From Marinobacter sp. (GTDB lineage Bacteria > Pseudomonadota > Gammaproteobacteria > Pseudomonadales > Oleiphilaceae): a DNA stretch of 64,000 nucleotides. A program made the translations under genes and the position numbers. The notes under the pieces are model-generated. The model did no database searches. It saw only the letters and a list, made by a program, of their open reading frames with translations, and was not told the origin of the DNA. The stretch's first letter is position 1. Each line of letters starts with the position of its first letter. Positions 38,706 through 48,400 of this stretch are shown here, in pieces. The stretch is taken from the NCBI RefSeq assembly GCF_048266785.1, contig NZ_JBLWYX010000009.1, forward strand, positions 52,325-116,324. Direction: 5' to 3'.

Positions 38706-39394
38706 TAACGATTCTCCTTTTCTTCGGCCTGCCCAGCCAGTTGCTCTGGCAGAGCTGCGTAGTATTCGGTGATGGCTGAGATCTGTTGTTCGCTGAGTCG
38801 GTCGGCGATTCCCTTCATCAAATGATTAGGGTCGTTATTGCGGGTGCCGTTACGCCAGGCAAGAATCTGGCTCTTCAGATAACTGGCATGTTGCCCTGCG
38901 AGGGCCGGAAACGAATTTCCCACGCCCATACCGTTGGGGCCGTGACACTGGTTGCAAGCCGGTATGAGATTATCCCAGTCACCCCGCAAGGCCAGCCACT
39001 CGCCTGGGTTGGCCGGGTCTGGCGCTTGATAAGCAACGGCGGAAACTGGTGACTGAAGGCTCTGGTAGTAGGCTGATACCGACTGGATATCGTCTTCTGT
39101 TAACGCTGTGGCAAAAGGTTGCATAATCGGGTTTTTACGTGTGCCTTTGGCGTAATCATGAAGTTGCTTGCTCAGATAATCGGCGTTAAGGCCAGCAATG
39201 TCCGGAAAGCCAGCCGCAGCATTGCCCTTGCCATCCGGTCCATGACAGGTAGTACAAGCCAGAGCGCCTGCCCCATTACCCTGTGTTGCAATGTTTTCAC
39301 CGCGTGCTGTATCTCCGGCGGCAACCGCTACACCTGTACTTAGCGCAACGGTGACTGCAAGCAGAGATAAAGCAGCTCTCGTCATTTTGGTCAT
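38705..39394 (-). CDS. tsdB: Diheme cytochrome c4-type electron acceptor
   Basis: CTTCH and CNQCH, signal peptide; TAATG coupling to tsdA; probable start ATG 39394 after GGAG. Confidence 0.82.
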   Translation of the reverse strand: MTKMTRAALSLLAVTVALSTGVAVAAGDTARGENIATQGNGAGALACTTCHGPDGKGNAAAGFPDIAGLNADYLSKQLHDYAKGTRKNPIMQPFATALTEDDIQSVSAYYQSLQSPVSAVAYQAPDPANPGEWLALRGDWDNLIPACNQCHGPNGMGVGNSFPALAGQHASYLKSQILAWRNGTRNNDPNHLMKGIADRLSEQQISAITEYYAALPEQLAGQAEEKENR

Positions 39395-39433
39395 TGGTGT
39401 GCTCCTGCCTTTGGCATATTCACGCTGAAGCAT

Positions 39434-40057
39434 TTAGCTGGGCTTCCGTGCGATCCCTTTGTAAATATAGCCGGCTATTTTCGGTGCGCTGGGCATGTAA
39501 AAATTTTCCAGTGCCGTTAGCTCAAATCCTGCATGTCGGATCAGGTCTGCGATACGGCGGTTCAGGTGGCAACCACCGGCGAGCTTTTTCCAGCCAGGTG
39601 TAATTCGGTGTTGCCATTTGCGGATGTTTTCATGGGGTGCTTCGCCGTGTTCCAGAAACAGAAGCTCCCCTCCGGGCTTCAGTACCCGCTTCATTTGCAG
39701 AAGCGCAGTGTTCCAGTCGGATATGGTGCACAGGGTGAAGGTAAGCAAAACGGTATCCACGCTGTTGTCATCCAGAGGGATTTGCTCGCCCGGCAGGCTC
39801 AGCCACTCTACGCGTATTGGCGAGCGCTTCAGGTTTGGTAACGCTTTGCGCCGCATCCCCTCAGAAGGCTCCAGCCCGTAGACGAACTCAACAGTGTCCG
39901 GATTGTAGAACTCCAGATTAATACCCGAGCCCATTCCCACCTCAAGCACGCGGCCTTTTGCCAATGGCACAAGTTGGCTGCGCAACTTCATAACCTGGCC
40001 CATTGAGCAGGCACGATCTATGATGTGTGGCAGGATTCGTTCTTCGTAAAAGCTCAT
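39434..40057 (-). CDS. mddH: Class I SAM-dependent methyltransferase, putative H2S/methanethiol S-methyltransferase (MddH/TMT1-like)
   Basis: GRVLEVGMGSGIN, DTVLLTFTLCTI, LFLEHG, GGCHLNR resemble the METTL7/TMT1-type family; context tsdBA and cydAB-cydDC. The methyltransferase call is secure; the mddH symbol is tentative. Probable start 40057. Confidence 0.6.
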   Translation of the reverse strand: MSFYEERILPHIIDRACSMGQVMKLRSQLVPLAKGRVLEVGMGSGINLEFYNPDTVEFVYGLEPSEGMRRKALPNLKRSPIRVEWLSLPGEQIPLDDNSVDTVLLTFTLCTISDWNTALLQMKRVLKPGGELLFLEHGEAPHENIRKWQHRITPGWKKLAGGCHLNRRIADLIRHAGFELTALENFYMPSAPKIAGYIYKGIARKPS

Positions 40058-40071
40058 GCTTTTCACCATAA

Positions 40072-40085
40072 TTGTTTTAAATCAA
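40072..40085. promoter_or_regulatory. Possible FNR/Anr box
   Basis: TTGTT-TTAA-ATCAA, one mismatch to TTGAT-N4-ATCAA, in the divergent methyltransferase/cydA intergenic region. Confidence 0.35.
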
Positions 40086-40241
40086 TGGGTGCGACAATCT
40101 GCCCTATCGGTTTTGCTACCATAACCAGTAGCATGTATTTTATCTGTCGGTAATAACAATATAACAATTAAAGCTAAGGCAGCGGCTGAACGGGTTTTCT
40201 TAGCTCGTTTATTGTGACGTTTACATTACCGGAGTGTTCCT

Positions 40242-41672
40242 ATGGAACTAGATCCTCTCATCCTATCGCGAATCCAGTTCGCGTTCGTCGTGTCATTTCA
40301 CGCCATTTTCCCGGTGTTTACCATCGGCCTCGCCTCCTATATTGCAGTACTTGAGGGGCTTTCGTTCAAAACGAAAAACCCGGTATGGATGAAGCTTTCT
40401 TCGTTCTGGACCAAGGTGTTCGCCGTAGTCTTTGGCATGGGCGTTGTCTCGGGTATTGTGATGTCGTTCCAGTTCGGCACCAACTGGAGTAACTTCGCCC
40501 AGGCTTCGGCTAACTTTCTCGGCCCGATGCTGAGCTATGAGGTAATTACGGCCTTCTTCCTCGAAGCAGCTTTCCTCGGCGTACTACTGTTCGGTCGGGA
40601 TCGTGTCCCTGCGGGTGTTCACCTGTTTGCGGCGGTTATGGTCGCGACCGGTACATTCATTTCTTCGTTCTGGATTCTTTCAGCAAACAGCTGGATGCAC
40701 ACACCTGCCGGCACTGAACTGCGGGATGGGGTGTTCTTCGTGACCTCCTGGAGCGAGGCAATCTTTAACCCGTCCTTCAAGTACCGTTTTACCCACATGG
40801 TTATGGCCTCGTTCCTTACCGGCGGCTTCGTCGTCGCTGGCGTTAGCGCCTGGTATTTGCTGAAAGGGCGTGAAGTAGAAGCCAACCGCAAGGCACTCTC
40901 GATGTGCCTGTGGTTACTCTTGTTTCTTGCCCCCACGCAGGCGGTCGTTGGTGATTTCCACGGGCTTAATACCCTTGAACACCAGCCCATGAAAGTGGCC
41001 GCAATGGAAGGCAACTGGGAAACGTCCCGGAATGTTCCTTTGCTGTTGTTCGCCATTCCTGACCAGGAAAACCAGACTAACCTTTTTGAAATTGGTATTC
41101 CGAGCGTCGCCAGTCTTATTCTGACGCACGACTGGAATGGAGAGGTGCCAGGCCTTGAGGAGGTTTCCATAGAAAATCAGCCACCTGTGGCCATTGTGTT
41201 CTGGTCGTTCCGGGTTATGGTCGGCCTCGGATTGCTGATGATCCTGTTCGCCGTTGTTGGTCTGGCACTGCGGGGTGGCGATCGTTTTTGGCGAACCCGC
41301 TGGTTCCTTCAGGGGATGCGTTTTATGAGCGTTGCGCCCTTCATTGCAGTGCTCGCGGGCTGGTTTGTGACCGAAACTGGTCGTGCGCCGTGGCTGGTGT
41401 ACGGCATGATGACCCAGGCGGAAGCGGTAACACCGTCGCTCACCGGCGGCATGGCACTGTTCACTCTGATTGGTTATGTGGTGGTTTACTCTATGGTGTT
41501 CTCAGCCGGCGTTTACTACCTGATGCGCGTGCTCTATGTAGGGCTTGAGGATGATTACGACGAAGCGCCGGAACAGGCCGAACGGCCGAAGCGGCCTCTT
41601 TCTGCCAGTCATGTGCCCTTTGAAGTGCGTGAAGGCTCAAAATCCAATCCAGCCAATCAGGGAGATCACTAA
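40242..41672 (+). CDS. cydA: Cytochrome bd ubiquinol oxidase subunit I (CioA-type)
   Basis: SRIQFAFVVSFHAIF, FQFGTNW, EVITAFFLEA, QPMKVAAMEG, GWFVTETGRAPW. Confidence 0.96.
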   Translation: MELDPLILSRIQFAFVVSFHAIFPVFTIGLASYIAVLEGLSFKTKNPVWMKLSSFWTKVFAVVFGMGVVSGIVMSFQFGTNWSNFAQASANFLGPMLSYEVITAFFLEAAFLGVLLFGRDRVPAGVHLFAAVMVATGTFISSFWILSANSWMHTPAGTELRDGVFFVTSWSEAIFNPSFKYRFTHMVMASFLTGGFVVAGVSAWYLLKGREVEANRKALSMCLWLLLFLAPTQAVVGDFHGLNTLEHQPMKVAAMEGNWETSRNVPLLLFAIPDQENQTNLFEIGIPSVASLILTHDWNGEVPGLEEVSIENQPPVAIVFWSFRVMVGLGLLMILFAVVGLALRGGDRFWRTRWFLQGMRFMSVAPFIAVLAGWFVTETGRAPWLVYGMMTQAEAVTPSLTGGMALFTLIGYVVVYSMVFSAGVYYLMRVLYVGLEDDYDEAPEQAERPKRPLSASHVPFEVREGSKSNPANQGDH

Positions 41673-41674
41673 TT

Positions 41675-42676
41675 ATGGAACACTTTGATCTTGTTTTGAT
41701 CTGGGCATTTATCATCGGTTTTGGCGTGATCATGTATGTCTTGATGGACGGCTTCGATCTGGGCGTGGGAATCCTGTTCCCTTTCGCTCCATCGGAGCAG
41801 GATCGGGATACGATGATGAACACTGTTGCACCCGTATGGGACGGCAATGAAACCTGGCTGGTGCTCGGCGGCGCAGGGCTTCTGGGAGCCTTCCCTTTGG
41901 TCTACAGCATTTTGCTGCCGGCCTTGTACATTGGCGTGTTCCTGATGCTGTCAGGCCTGATTTTCCGCGGCATTGCGTTCGAGTTCCGCTTTAAGGCGCG
42001 CAGCTCGCGTTATCTGTGGAACTGGGCTTTCGCCGGAGGCTCCACTCTTGCAGCGTTTGCACAGGGTGTGGTCGTGGGCACCTACATTCAGGGTTATGAG
42101 ACAGCTAATGGCGTGTTCACCGGCGGCGCTCTGGACTGGCTCACTCCCTTTACGGTGCTGACGGGTCTCGGGCTAATTGCGGGTTACGCTTTGCTGGGCT
42201 CTACCTGGCTGATCCTGAAGACTGAAGGCCGGCTACAGGAATGGGCTTACAAGATCACCTTGCCCCTGCTCACAGCAGTGCTGGTGGTCTTCGGTATTAT
42301 CAGCGTATGGACTCCGTTCATTGACGATATGGTGCGTGACCGCTGGTTCAGCAACCTGAGTGTAATCTGGGTGCTGCCAATACTGACTCTGCTGTGTGCT
42401 TTCCAGATTTTTCGGACTGTTCGCAAAAGGAAGGAAGGCATGCCTTTTGTAGCCACTATGGGGCTGTTTATAACCACCTATCTGGGGCTTATTGTCAGTC
42501 GCTGGCCATACCTGGTGCCGCCTGATTATACCGTGTGGGATGCCGCCTCGGCTTACAACTCGCAGATGTTCCTGCTGATAGGCCTGGTGATTGTGATTCC
42601 TTTTGTGCTGGCTTACACAGCCTGGACCTATTGGGTATTCCGGGGCAAGGTACGTGCTGGCGAAGGTTATCACTAA
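41675..42676 (+). CDS. cydB: Cytochrome bd oxidase subunit II (CioB-type)
   Basis: MDGFDLGVG, PVWDGNETWLV, FRGIAFEFR. Confidence 0.96.
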   Translation: MEHFDLVLIWAFIIGFGVIMYVLMDGFDLGVGILFPFAPSEQDRDTMMNTVAPVWDGNETWLVLGGAGLLGAFPLVYSILLPALYIGVFLMLSGLIFRGIAFEFRFKARSSRYLWNWAFAGGSTLAAFAQGVVVGTYIQGYETANGVFTGGALDWLTPFTVLTGLGLIAGYALLGSTWLILKTEGRLQEWAYKITLPLLTAVLVVFGIISVWTPFIDDMVRDRWFSNLSVIWVLPILTLLCAFQIFRTVRKRKEGMPFVATMGLFITTYLGLIVSRWPYLVPPDYTVWDAASAYNSQMFLLIGLVIVIPFVLAYTAWTYWVFRGKVRAGEGYH

Positions 42677-44392
42677 GTGACCGAAATGCAGGTCGAGAGC
42701 AGTGCTGTAAAGCGCTGGCTCTCGGGGCTTGCCAGCGGAAACCGGCGCTGGATTCAGGGCTCAGTTGCTGCCGGCACCGTCGCCGGCGTCGCTACCATCG
42801 TTCAGATGATATTTCTGGCCCGGATTGTTCATCTTGGTGTCATTGAGAAAGCGTCAGCCACAGTACTGGCGCCTCTTTTTGCCGGCCTTGTTCTGGCAAT
42901 CGTTTCTCGCGCAGTTGCCCAGGGCGTCCAGACCCACCTCGCGGCAAGATGCAGTGAACAGGTGCGTCGCACCGCACGCCGGCAGATTCACCGGCACTGG
43001 CGCAACAGCGGCCCCCTCTTACTGGGGCAAACGTCTGCTGGCAGTCTGGCGCGGGAGTGGATTGATCACGTTGATGCCCTGCACGGCTACTTTTCCCGCT
43101 TCCTTCCGCAGATGACGCTGTCTCTTATTGTGCCTTTGATGATTCTGGCGCTTGTGTTCTATCTGGACTGGCTCGCTGGAATTTTCCTGCTACTTTCGGC
43201 CCCGCTGATTCCCCTTTTTATGGCGCTTGTAGGAATGGGAGCTGAGAAGCTTAACCAGCAGCATTTCGAGATCATCAGCCGGCTGTCTGGCCAGTTCCTG
43301 GATAAGGTTCGAGGGCTGACCACGTTACAGTTGTTCGGGCAAACTGACAGCGCTGCAGACTTGATCCAACAGCGGTCAGATCACTACCGCAGGATTACGC
43401 TGAAAACGCTTCGTATTGCGTTTCTGTCATCGGCGGTTCTGGAGTTTTTCGCATCAGTGGCCATCGCCGTTATTGCCATTTATATCGGTTTTGGTCTTCT
43501 GGGGTATATTACCTATGGGCCATCCTCGGATCTCACGCTGTTTTCCGGCCTGTTGATTCTGCTGCTTGCGCCAGAGTTCTTTCAGCCGTTGCGCACGCTT
43601 TCCCAGTACTATCACGACCGCGCTGCTGCTCTTGGCGCTGGTGCAGAGATTCTCGCAAGGCTAGGTGATAAACCAGAACCCAATCCCTTGGCGGGCGGCA
43701 ACGAAGACACAATCGACTACAGGCCTTCAGTCAGCAATAAGGTTACGCGCCGCGAGGGGATTGAACTGAATTCTGTATCGCTTGCACTCCGCGCAGACCA
43801 CCCAATCCTCAGTGATGTCTCGCTGACCATCGGTAAAGGTGAGGTTATTGCTCTCACTGGCCCTTCGGGGAGTGGCAAGTCCACCCTCTTGCATCTTCTG
43901 GCGGGTTTTCTTACGCCGGATAACGGCGACATCGATCTATTTGGTAAACAGCCGGGATGCTTCGCCTTTGGCTGGCTTGGCCAGAGTGGTTTTCTCGTTC
44001 ACGGAACCTGGGCCGATAACCTTCGGCTCACCAGCCCGGATGTATCCGATGTGGCTATTGAAACCGCGCTGCGCAACGTCGGTCTTGGCCCTCTGCTGGA
44101 TAGCCGCAAGGAAGGTATTTTCAGCAAGGTTTCAGAGGATGGCCAGGGTCTTTCCGGAGGCCAGGCACGACGCCTGAGCCTGGCGAGAATTTTCGTGGCG
44201 GATTACGACATTATCCTTCTCGATGAACCCACGGCCGGGCTCGACTGCGACAGTGAGATCTTTGTGCTGGAGGCGCTGCACAAGCTGGCGCTGGCAGGCA
44301 AAACACTGATTTTCTCCACCCATCACCACGCGCTTTTGGCTTTGGCTAACCGGGTGCTTTTGGTCTCTGGCGGGGAGGTGACAGATGTCTGA
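42677..44392 (+). CDS. cydD: Thiol-reductant ABC exporter subunit CydD
   Basis: TLRIAFLSSAVLEFF, LLAPEFFQPLR, GPSGSGKST, LSGGQARR. Confidence 0.95.
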   Translation: MTEMQVESSAVKRWLSGLASGNRRWIQGSVAAGTVAGVATIVQMIFLARIVHLGVIEKASATVLAPLFAGLVLAIVSRAVAQGVQTHLAARCSEQVRRTARRQIHRHWRNSGPLLLGQTSAGSLAREWIDHVDALHGYFSRFLPQMTLSLIVPLMILALVFYLDWLAGIFLLLSAPLIPLFMALVGMGAEKLNQQHFEIISRLSGQFLDKVRGLTTLQLFGQTDSAADLIQQRSDHYRRITLKTLRIAFLSSAVLEFFASVAIAVIAIYIGFGLLGYITYGPSSDLTLFSGLLILLLAPEFFQPLRTLSQYYHDRAAALGAGAEILARLGDKPEPNPLAGGNEDTIDYRPSVSNKVTRREGIELNSVSLALRADHPILSDVSLTIGKGEVIALTGPSGSGKSTLLHLLAGFLTPDNGDIDLFGKQPGCFAFGWLGQSGFLVHGTWADNLRLTSPDVSDVAIETALRNVGLGPLLDSRKEGIFSKVSEDGQGLSGGQARRLSLARIFVADYDIILLDEPTAGLDCDSEIFVLEALHKLALAGKTLIFSTHHHALLALANRVLLVSGGEVTDV

Positions 44393-46001
44393 ACTAAAAC
44401 CCTGGCTAAAGTTGATCTATGCACGCCCTGGAAGGCTTTTTATCGGCGCCTTGCTGATGCTGGCCGCCCTGCTCTCGGGTCTGGGGCTGTTGGCGCTCTC
44501 TGGCTGGTTTATCACTGAAACGGCACTGGTTGGCCTTATGCTAGCGGCCAGCCTGCCAGCCACCATCAACTTGTATGTACCTGGCGGCGGCATACGGTTT
44601 TTTGCGGTTTCGCGTACGGTCTCCCGTTATCTGGAGCGGCTGTATAACCACGATACGGTGTTGAGGCTCTTAACCGATATTCGTGTTGCGCTGTTCCGCA
44701 AACTGGCCGCTGCCGGCCGCGGCCAAAGGCGCGAACTGACGGGCGCTCAGTGGCTGTCCCGGTTGACCAACGATGTTGATGCGCTGGATACACTGTACTT
44801 GCGCCTGATCGCTCCCGCTGCGCTTGCCGCATTTGTCACCCTGCTCATAATTGTTCTGGCAGCGGTACTTTTTGATAGTGTGATCGCGATCGGAATCGCG
44901 CTGATACTCGGAGTCGCATTTCTGTTGGCGACGCTGGCTGTCTACCTGCGTACCGCAAAGATTGCGTCGCGCCAGAGTGATCAGCAAGAATCTCTGCGTA
45001 CCGCAGTTATTGAACACCTGGAGGGCTTTGCTGAACTGACCGCCGCTGGCCGCACCGGCAAACACGGTGCATGGCTTCTGCGTCAGGCGCACCAGTCCTC
45101 ATCCGAGCAGGTAAAGGCAGATTCCCGCGTTGGCTGGCACCAGGCCGGTTCGAATTTGCTGATTAACCTGGCCGCAGTATTTGCGCTCTGGAGCGGCTTT
45201 GCGCTGTTTCGCTTGGGCGTGATTTCCGGGCCGGTCCTGGTTCTACTGCCTATCGCACTGCTTGGGCTCGCTGAAGTCTACGGCATGCTGCCGGAAGCTT
45301 TTGGTAGGCTGGGTGCTACGCAAGCTTCTGCCGCTCGCCTGAACCGGGATTGCAGGGAAGATGATTCCAAAGTTTCCGCAGGGAGCATTGACCTGCCTGA
45401 GGGCTCCGCCCTGGTGGCGAACGATCTAACGGTGAAATATCCTCAAAACGCGCCGCTTTTCACGCACTTTGATTTGCAGATAAAAACAGGCGAACGAGTG
45501 GGTATTCTGGGGCATTCCGGAAGTGGCAAATCGTCCCTGGCAGATGTTTTCTCAGGACTTTTGGCACCTTCAGGTGGGGCCTGCGCCAACATACCCTGCG
45601 CCTATCTCACACAGAAAACCGTGTTGTTTGAAGATACCTTGCGGGCCAATCTGTTATTGGGTTCGCCCGATGCAAGCGAAGCGGAACTTTGGCGGATTCT
45701 GGAAATGGTTGACCTGGCTGAACGGTTTCGTTCAGAGCTTGATCAACTCGATACCTGGCTGGGGAGTTCCGGTAGCCGGCTTTCCGGCGGCGAGGCACGA
45801 CGTGTTGCCCTTGCCCGGGTGCTTTTGAGCCCTGCCCCTCTGCTGCTTCTGGACGAACCGTTTACCGGGGTGGATAAGGTCACAAGAGAAAAGATTACCT
45901 GGCAAATTGATGCCTGGCTTGAAGGCAGAACAGTTATCAGCCTGGCACACGGTCCAGATGCCCTGCCGGGCACCGACCGCGTGATTCAGTTGGGGGTTTA
46001 A
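44385..46001 (+). CDS. cydC: Thiol-reductant ABC exporter subunit CydC
   Basis: LLALSGWFI, IRFFAVSRTVSRYLERLYNHD, LSGGEARR. Confidence 0.95.
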   Translation: MSELKPWLKLIYARPGRLFIGALLMLAALLSGLGLLALSGWFITETALVGLMLAASLPATINLYVPGGGIRFFAVSRTVSRYLERLYNHDTVLRLLTDIRVALFRKLAAAGRGQRRELTGAQWLSRLTNDVDALDTLYLRLIAPAALAAFVTLLIIVLAAVLFDSVIAIGIALILGVAFLLATLAVYLRTAKIASRQSDQQESLRTAVIEHLEGFAELTAAGRTGKHGAWLLRQAHQSSSEQVKADSRVGWHQAGSNLLINLAAVFALWSGFALFRLGVISGPVLVLLPIALLGLAEVYGMLPEAFGRLGATQASAARLNRDCREDDSKVSAGSIDLPEGSALVANDLTVKYPQNAPLFTHFDLQIKTGERVGILGHSGSGKSSLADVFSGLLAPSGGACANIPCAYLTQKTVLFEDTLRANLLLGSPDASEAELWRILEMVDLAERFRSELDQLDTWLGSSGSRLSGGEARRVALARVLLSPAPLLLLDEPFTGVDKVTREKITWQIDAWLEGRTVISLAHGPDALPGTDRVIQLGV

Positions 46002-46011
46002 AACGCCACCG

Positions 46012-47253
46012 TTAGCGGGTTTCAACCACCTCAAAAGTCAAACCTGCTTTGCTGGTCAGTCGCTCCAGCAATTTGTCCTTCAGCACTGACGCAGGAGTCC
46101 AGAAACCACCAGCTTGATCAGCCGGGATATCGAACGCCAGGCACATGCCGGCCTCGCCAAGCATCTTGCTGGTGGAACCGTAGCCCGGGTCCGCATCACC
46201 AGTCACTTTCGTGATCATGGTTTTTCCATCCTGGGTGCGCCCTACAAAGCGCAGATCGTAGAACCCGGCCTTCTGGGCTTCCGGGGTTGGGCCCTCACCT
46301 GGCTGGGGTACAAACTTCTCAACCAGCCAGCGCGAGGGTTTGATAGCAGATGCTGTGAAAAAACCTGCCAGCGCAGCGGTAATACCGTAAGCCGTCAGGC
46401 GCCCTTTGGTTCCACTGCCCGTCATCATGGCTTCGTCGTAGGTAAATTCCTTGCCGTAACGAGCACTTTGCATGGCGTTAGAACGGTGCACGACGCGGGT
46501 GTTGATGGCGCCCATTACAAACGGCGCCAGCCACACGTTAAATGTTTTGTCGAACTCTGCCCCCTTCAGGCTTGGCTGGCGCACCGTTGAACGGTGCTCC
46601 GGCGGGCAGATAGAGAACGGGTTGGCCAGCTCTTTGCGCAGTTTCGGATCTGCTGCGGCTTCTTTGGCTACATTCATCATTGAAGCAACGGTGCCGCCGG
46701 AAAGACCGCCTTTCGCGACTTTCACCCGCATGCGCACATCCAGGCAGGGCTCACCGAATGTTTTTTCAGCCTGTTGCTGCAGGAACCACACGCCCATATC
46801 CGACGGAATGGAGTCAAAGCCGCAACAATGCACAATTCTTGCTCCCGATTTTTTTGCCTGGTCCTCATAGCGATCCACCATGCGGCGAATCCACTGCACT
46901 TCTCCCGTCAGATCGCAGTAGTCGGTGCCTGTCTCTACGCAGGCTTTAACGAGAGGCTCGCCATACAAGGCGTAGGGCCCAACCGTAGAGATAACGACGC
47001 GAGTCTGCTCACACATTGCCTTCAGTGCATGGTCGTCAGTGGCATCTGCCAGAATGATCGGCAGTTCACCTGCATTGCTGCCCAAACCGGACTTCAGCTC
47101 GCCGAGCTTGGATTCAGAACGTCCGGCAATGGCCCACTTGACCTCACCTGCAACACCGTATGAATCGAACAAATAGTGCGTAAGTATCTGGCCAACGAAG
47201 CTGGTAGCTCCGAAGACAACCAGATCGTAGGTGGTGTCTGTTGGTTTAGTCAT
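46012..47253 (-). CDS. Saccharopine dehydrogenase-like oxidoreductase
   Basis: GATSFVG, STVGPYALYG, YCDLTGE, CGFDSIPSD, GDADPGYGST. Confidence 0.9.
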   Translation of the reverse strand: MTKPTDTTYDLVVFGATSFVGQILTHYLFDSYGVAGEVKWAIAGRSESKLGELKSGLGSNAGELPIILADATDDHALKAMCEQTRVVISTVGPYALYGEPLVKACVETGTDYCDLTGEVQWIRRMVDRYEDQAKKSGARIVHCCGFDSIPSDMGVWFLQQQAEKTFGEPCLDVRMRVKVAKGGLSGGTVASMMNVAKEAAADPKLRKELANPFSICPPEHRSTVRQPSLKGAEFDKTFNVWLAPFVMGAINTRVVHRSNAMQSARYGKEFTYDEAMMTGSGTKGRLTAYGITAALAGFFTASAIKPSRWLVEKFVPQPGEGPTPEAQKAGFYDLRFVGRTQDGKTMITKVTGDADPGYGSTSKMLGEAGMCLAFDIPADQAGGFWTPASVLKDKLLERLTSKAGLTFEVVETR

Positions 47254-47450
47254 TACCCGTCCTTCGGTCTGAGGAATGTCGATTTTGAATCAGCGCACGT
47301 TGAAGAGCGCAGATAAGTCGTAATGATCTGATCTTAACAGCTTTGCACCCGGGTTCTAACTTCACGCTGATAACCTGGTCGACGTCGTCACGGCCAATCG
47401 CACAGCCTGGTGTATCAGGCACACTGATAAACACCGATCCAAACCGCTTG

Positions 47451-48293
47451 TCAGTTCTTTCTGATGCGCCTGAGTATGACATCAACCGTAACGGTAAGTG
47501 ATTCAAGTTCTGCTGCATGGGCCAAGCCGTCTGCACTGGCGCGATAAAGATGCGGCGTCATGGCCAGCAGATCGGCGATGGAGCCCTTGTCGGGCAGCGC
47601 CAGGGTGTAGCGAATAACCGATGTATCGAGGTTCGTGAACCCTTCGGGCATCGCCTTCTGATCTGACCGTGGTGCCCGCAGTTCCGGATAAATGATTTCC
47701 CGCAGCTCACGAAGATGGTCTACCCCGGCATCCATCTGGACGATCTCCCCACCTGATTTCAGCACTCGTGCGAACTCCGGATATACCGGGAAGCCAAACA
47801 GGCACAGAATGCGATCCAGTGTTTCCGACAGCATCGGCAGGTTGGCGTTACTCCCGACAACCCAGGAGGAGCGCTTGTCCTGTTTAGCGGCTGATAATAC
47901 GGCCCATTTGGATATATCCAGCCCCATCAGGGCAAGATCTATTGTTTCCGATGCGCTGTGAGCGAGTTGGCGCATGTAATACCCCTCCCCGCACCCCGCA
48001 TCCAGGCAGTTTATGGAGGGTTCATTGAATTCTTCGTGGAACACTGCGCGGCTCATAGCGTCCGCCAGGGGTTGATAAAACCCCGAACTCAAAAAGCGCT
48101 GGCGCGCCGCCACCATTTCCTTGTTGTCGCCCGGATCTTTGGAGCGTTTATTTTGGACAGGCAGCAGATGAACGTAACCCTGGCGGGCAATGTCAAAACT
48201 GTGGCCGTTAGGGCAGCGCCAACTCCTGCCAGAGATCTGCAGCGCAGAACCGTCAAGTGGACAAGCAAAAGCTTCAAACGAACTGATGGTCAT
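47451..48293 (-). CDS. rlmA: 23S rRNA m1G745 methyltransferase-like (RlmA)
   Basis: Zn finger CPLD..CPNGHSFDIARQGYVHLL; LDAGCGEGYY; MTPH. Confidence 0.85.
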   Translation of the reverse strand: MTISSFEAFACPLDGSALQISGRSWRCPNGHSFDIARQGYVHLLPVQNKRSKDPGDNKEMVAARQRFLSSGFYQPLADAMSRAVFHEEFNEPSINCLDAGCGEGYYMRQLAHSASETIDLALMGLDISKWAVLSAAKQDKRSSWVVGSNANLPMLSETLDRILCLFGFPVYPEFARVLKSGGEIVQMDAGVDHLRELREIIYPELRAPRSDQKAMPEGFTNLDTSVIRYTLALPDKGSIADLLAMTPHLYRASADGLAHAAELESLTVTVDVILRRIRKN

Positions 48294-48351
48294 TGCAATA
48301 TATCCGGTAGAACAAAAGGCGTGCGGGTTTGCTTCAACAGTTTAAGTCTCT

Positions 48352-48389
48352 GCAACAAAAAAGACACCCGAAGGTGCCTTTTTTGTTGC
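48352..48389 (-). terminator. Intrinsic terminator after etfA (symmetrical, possibly bidirectional)
   Basis: GCAACAAAAAAGACACC-CGAA-GGTGCCTTTTTTGTTGC. Confidence 0.8.
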
Positions 48390-48400
48390 CTGACAGAAAG

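Noticed and set aside
42676-42677. Hidden cydX small subunit after cydB
   Set aside because: cydD starts directly after the cydB stop, leaving no room.
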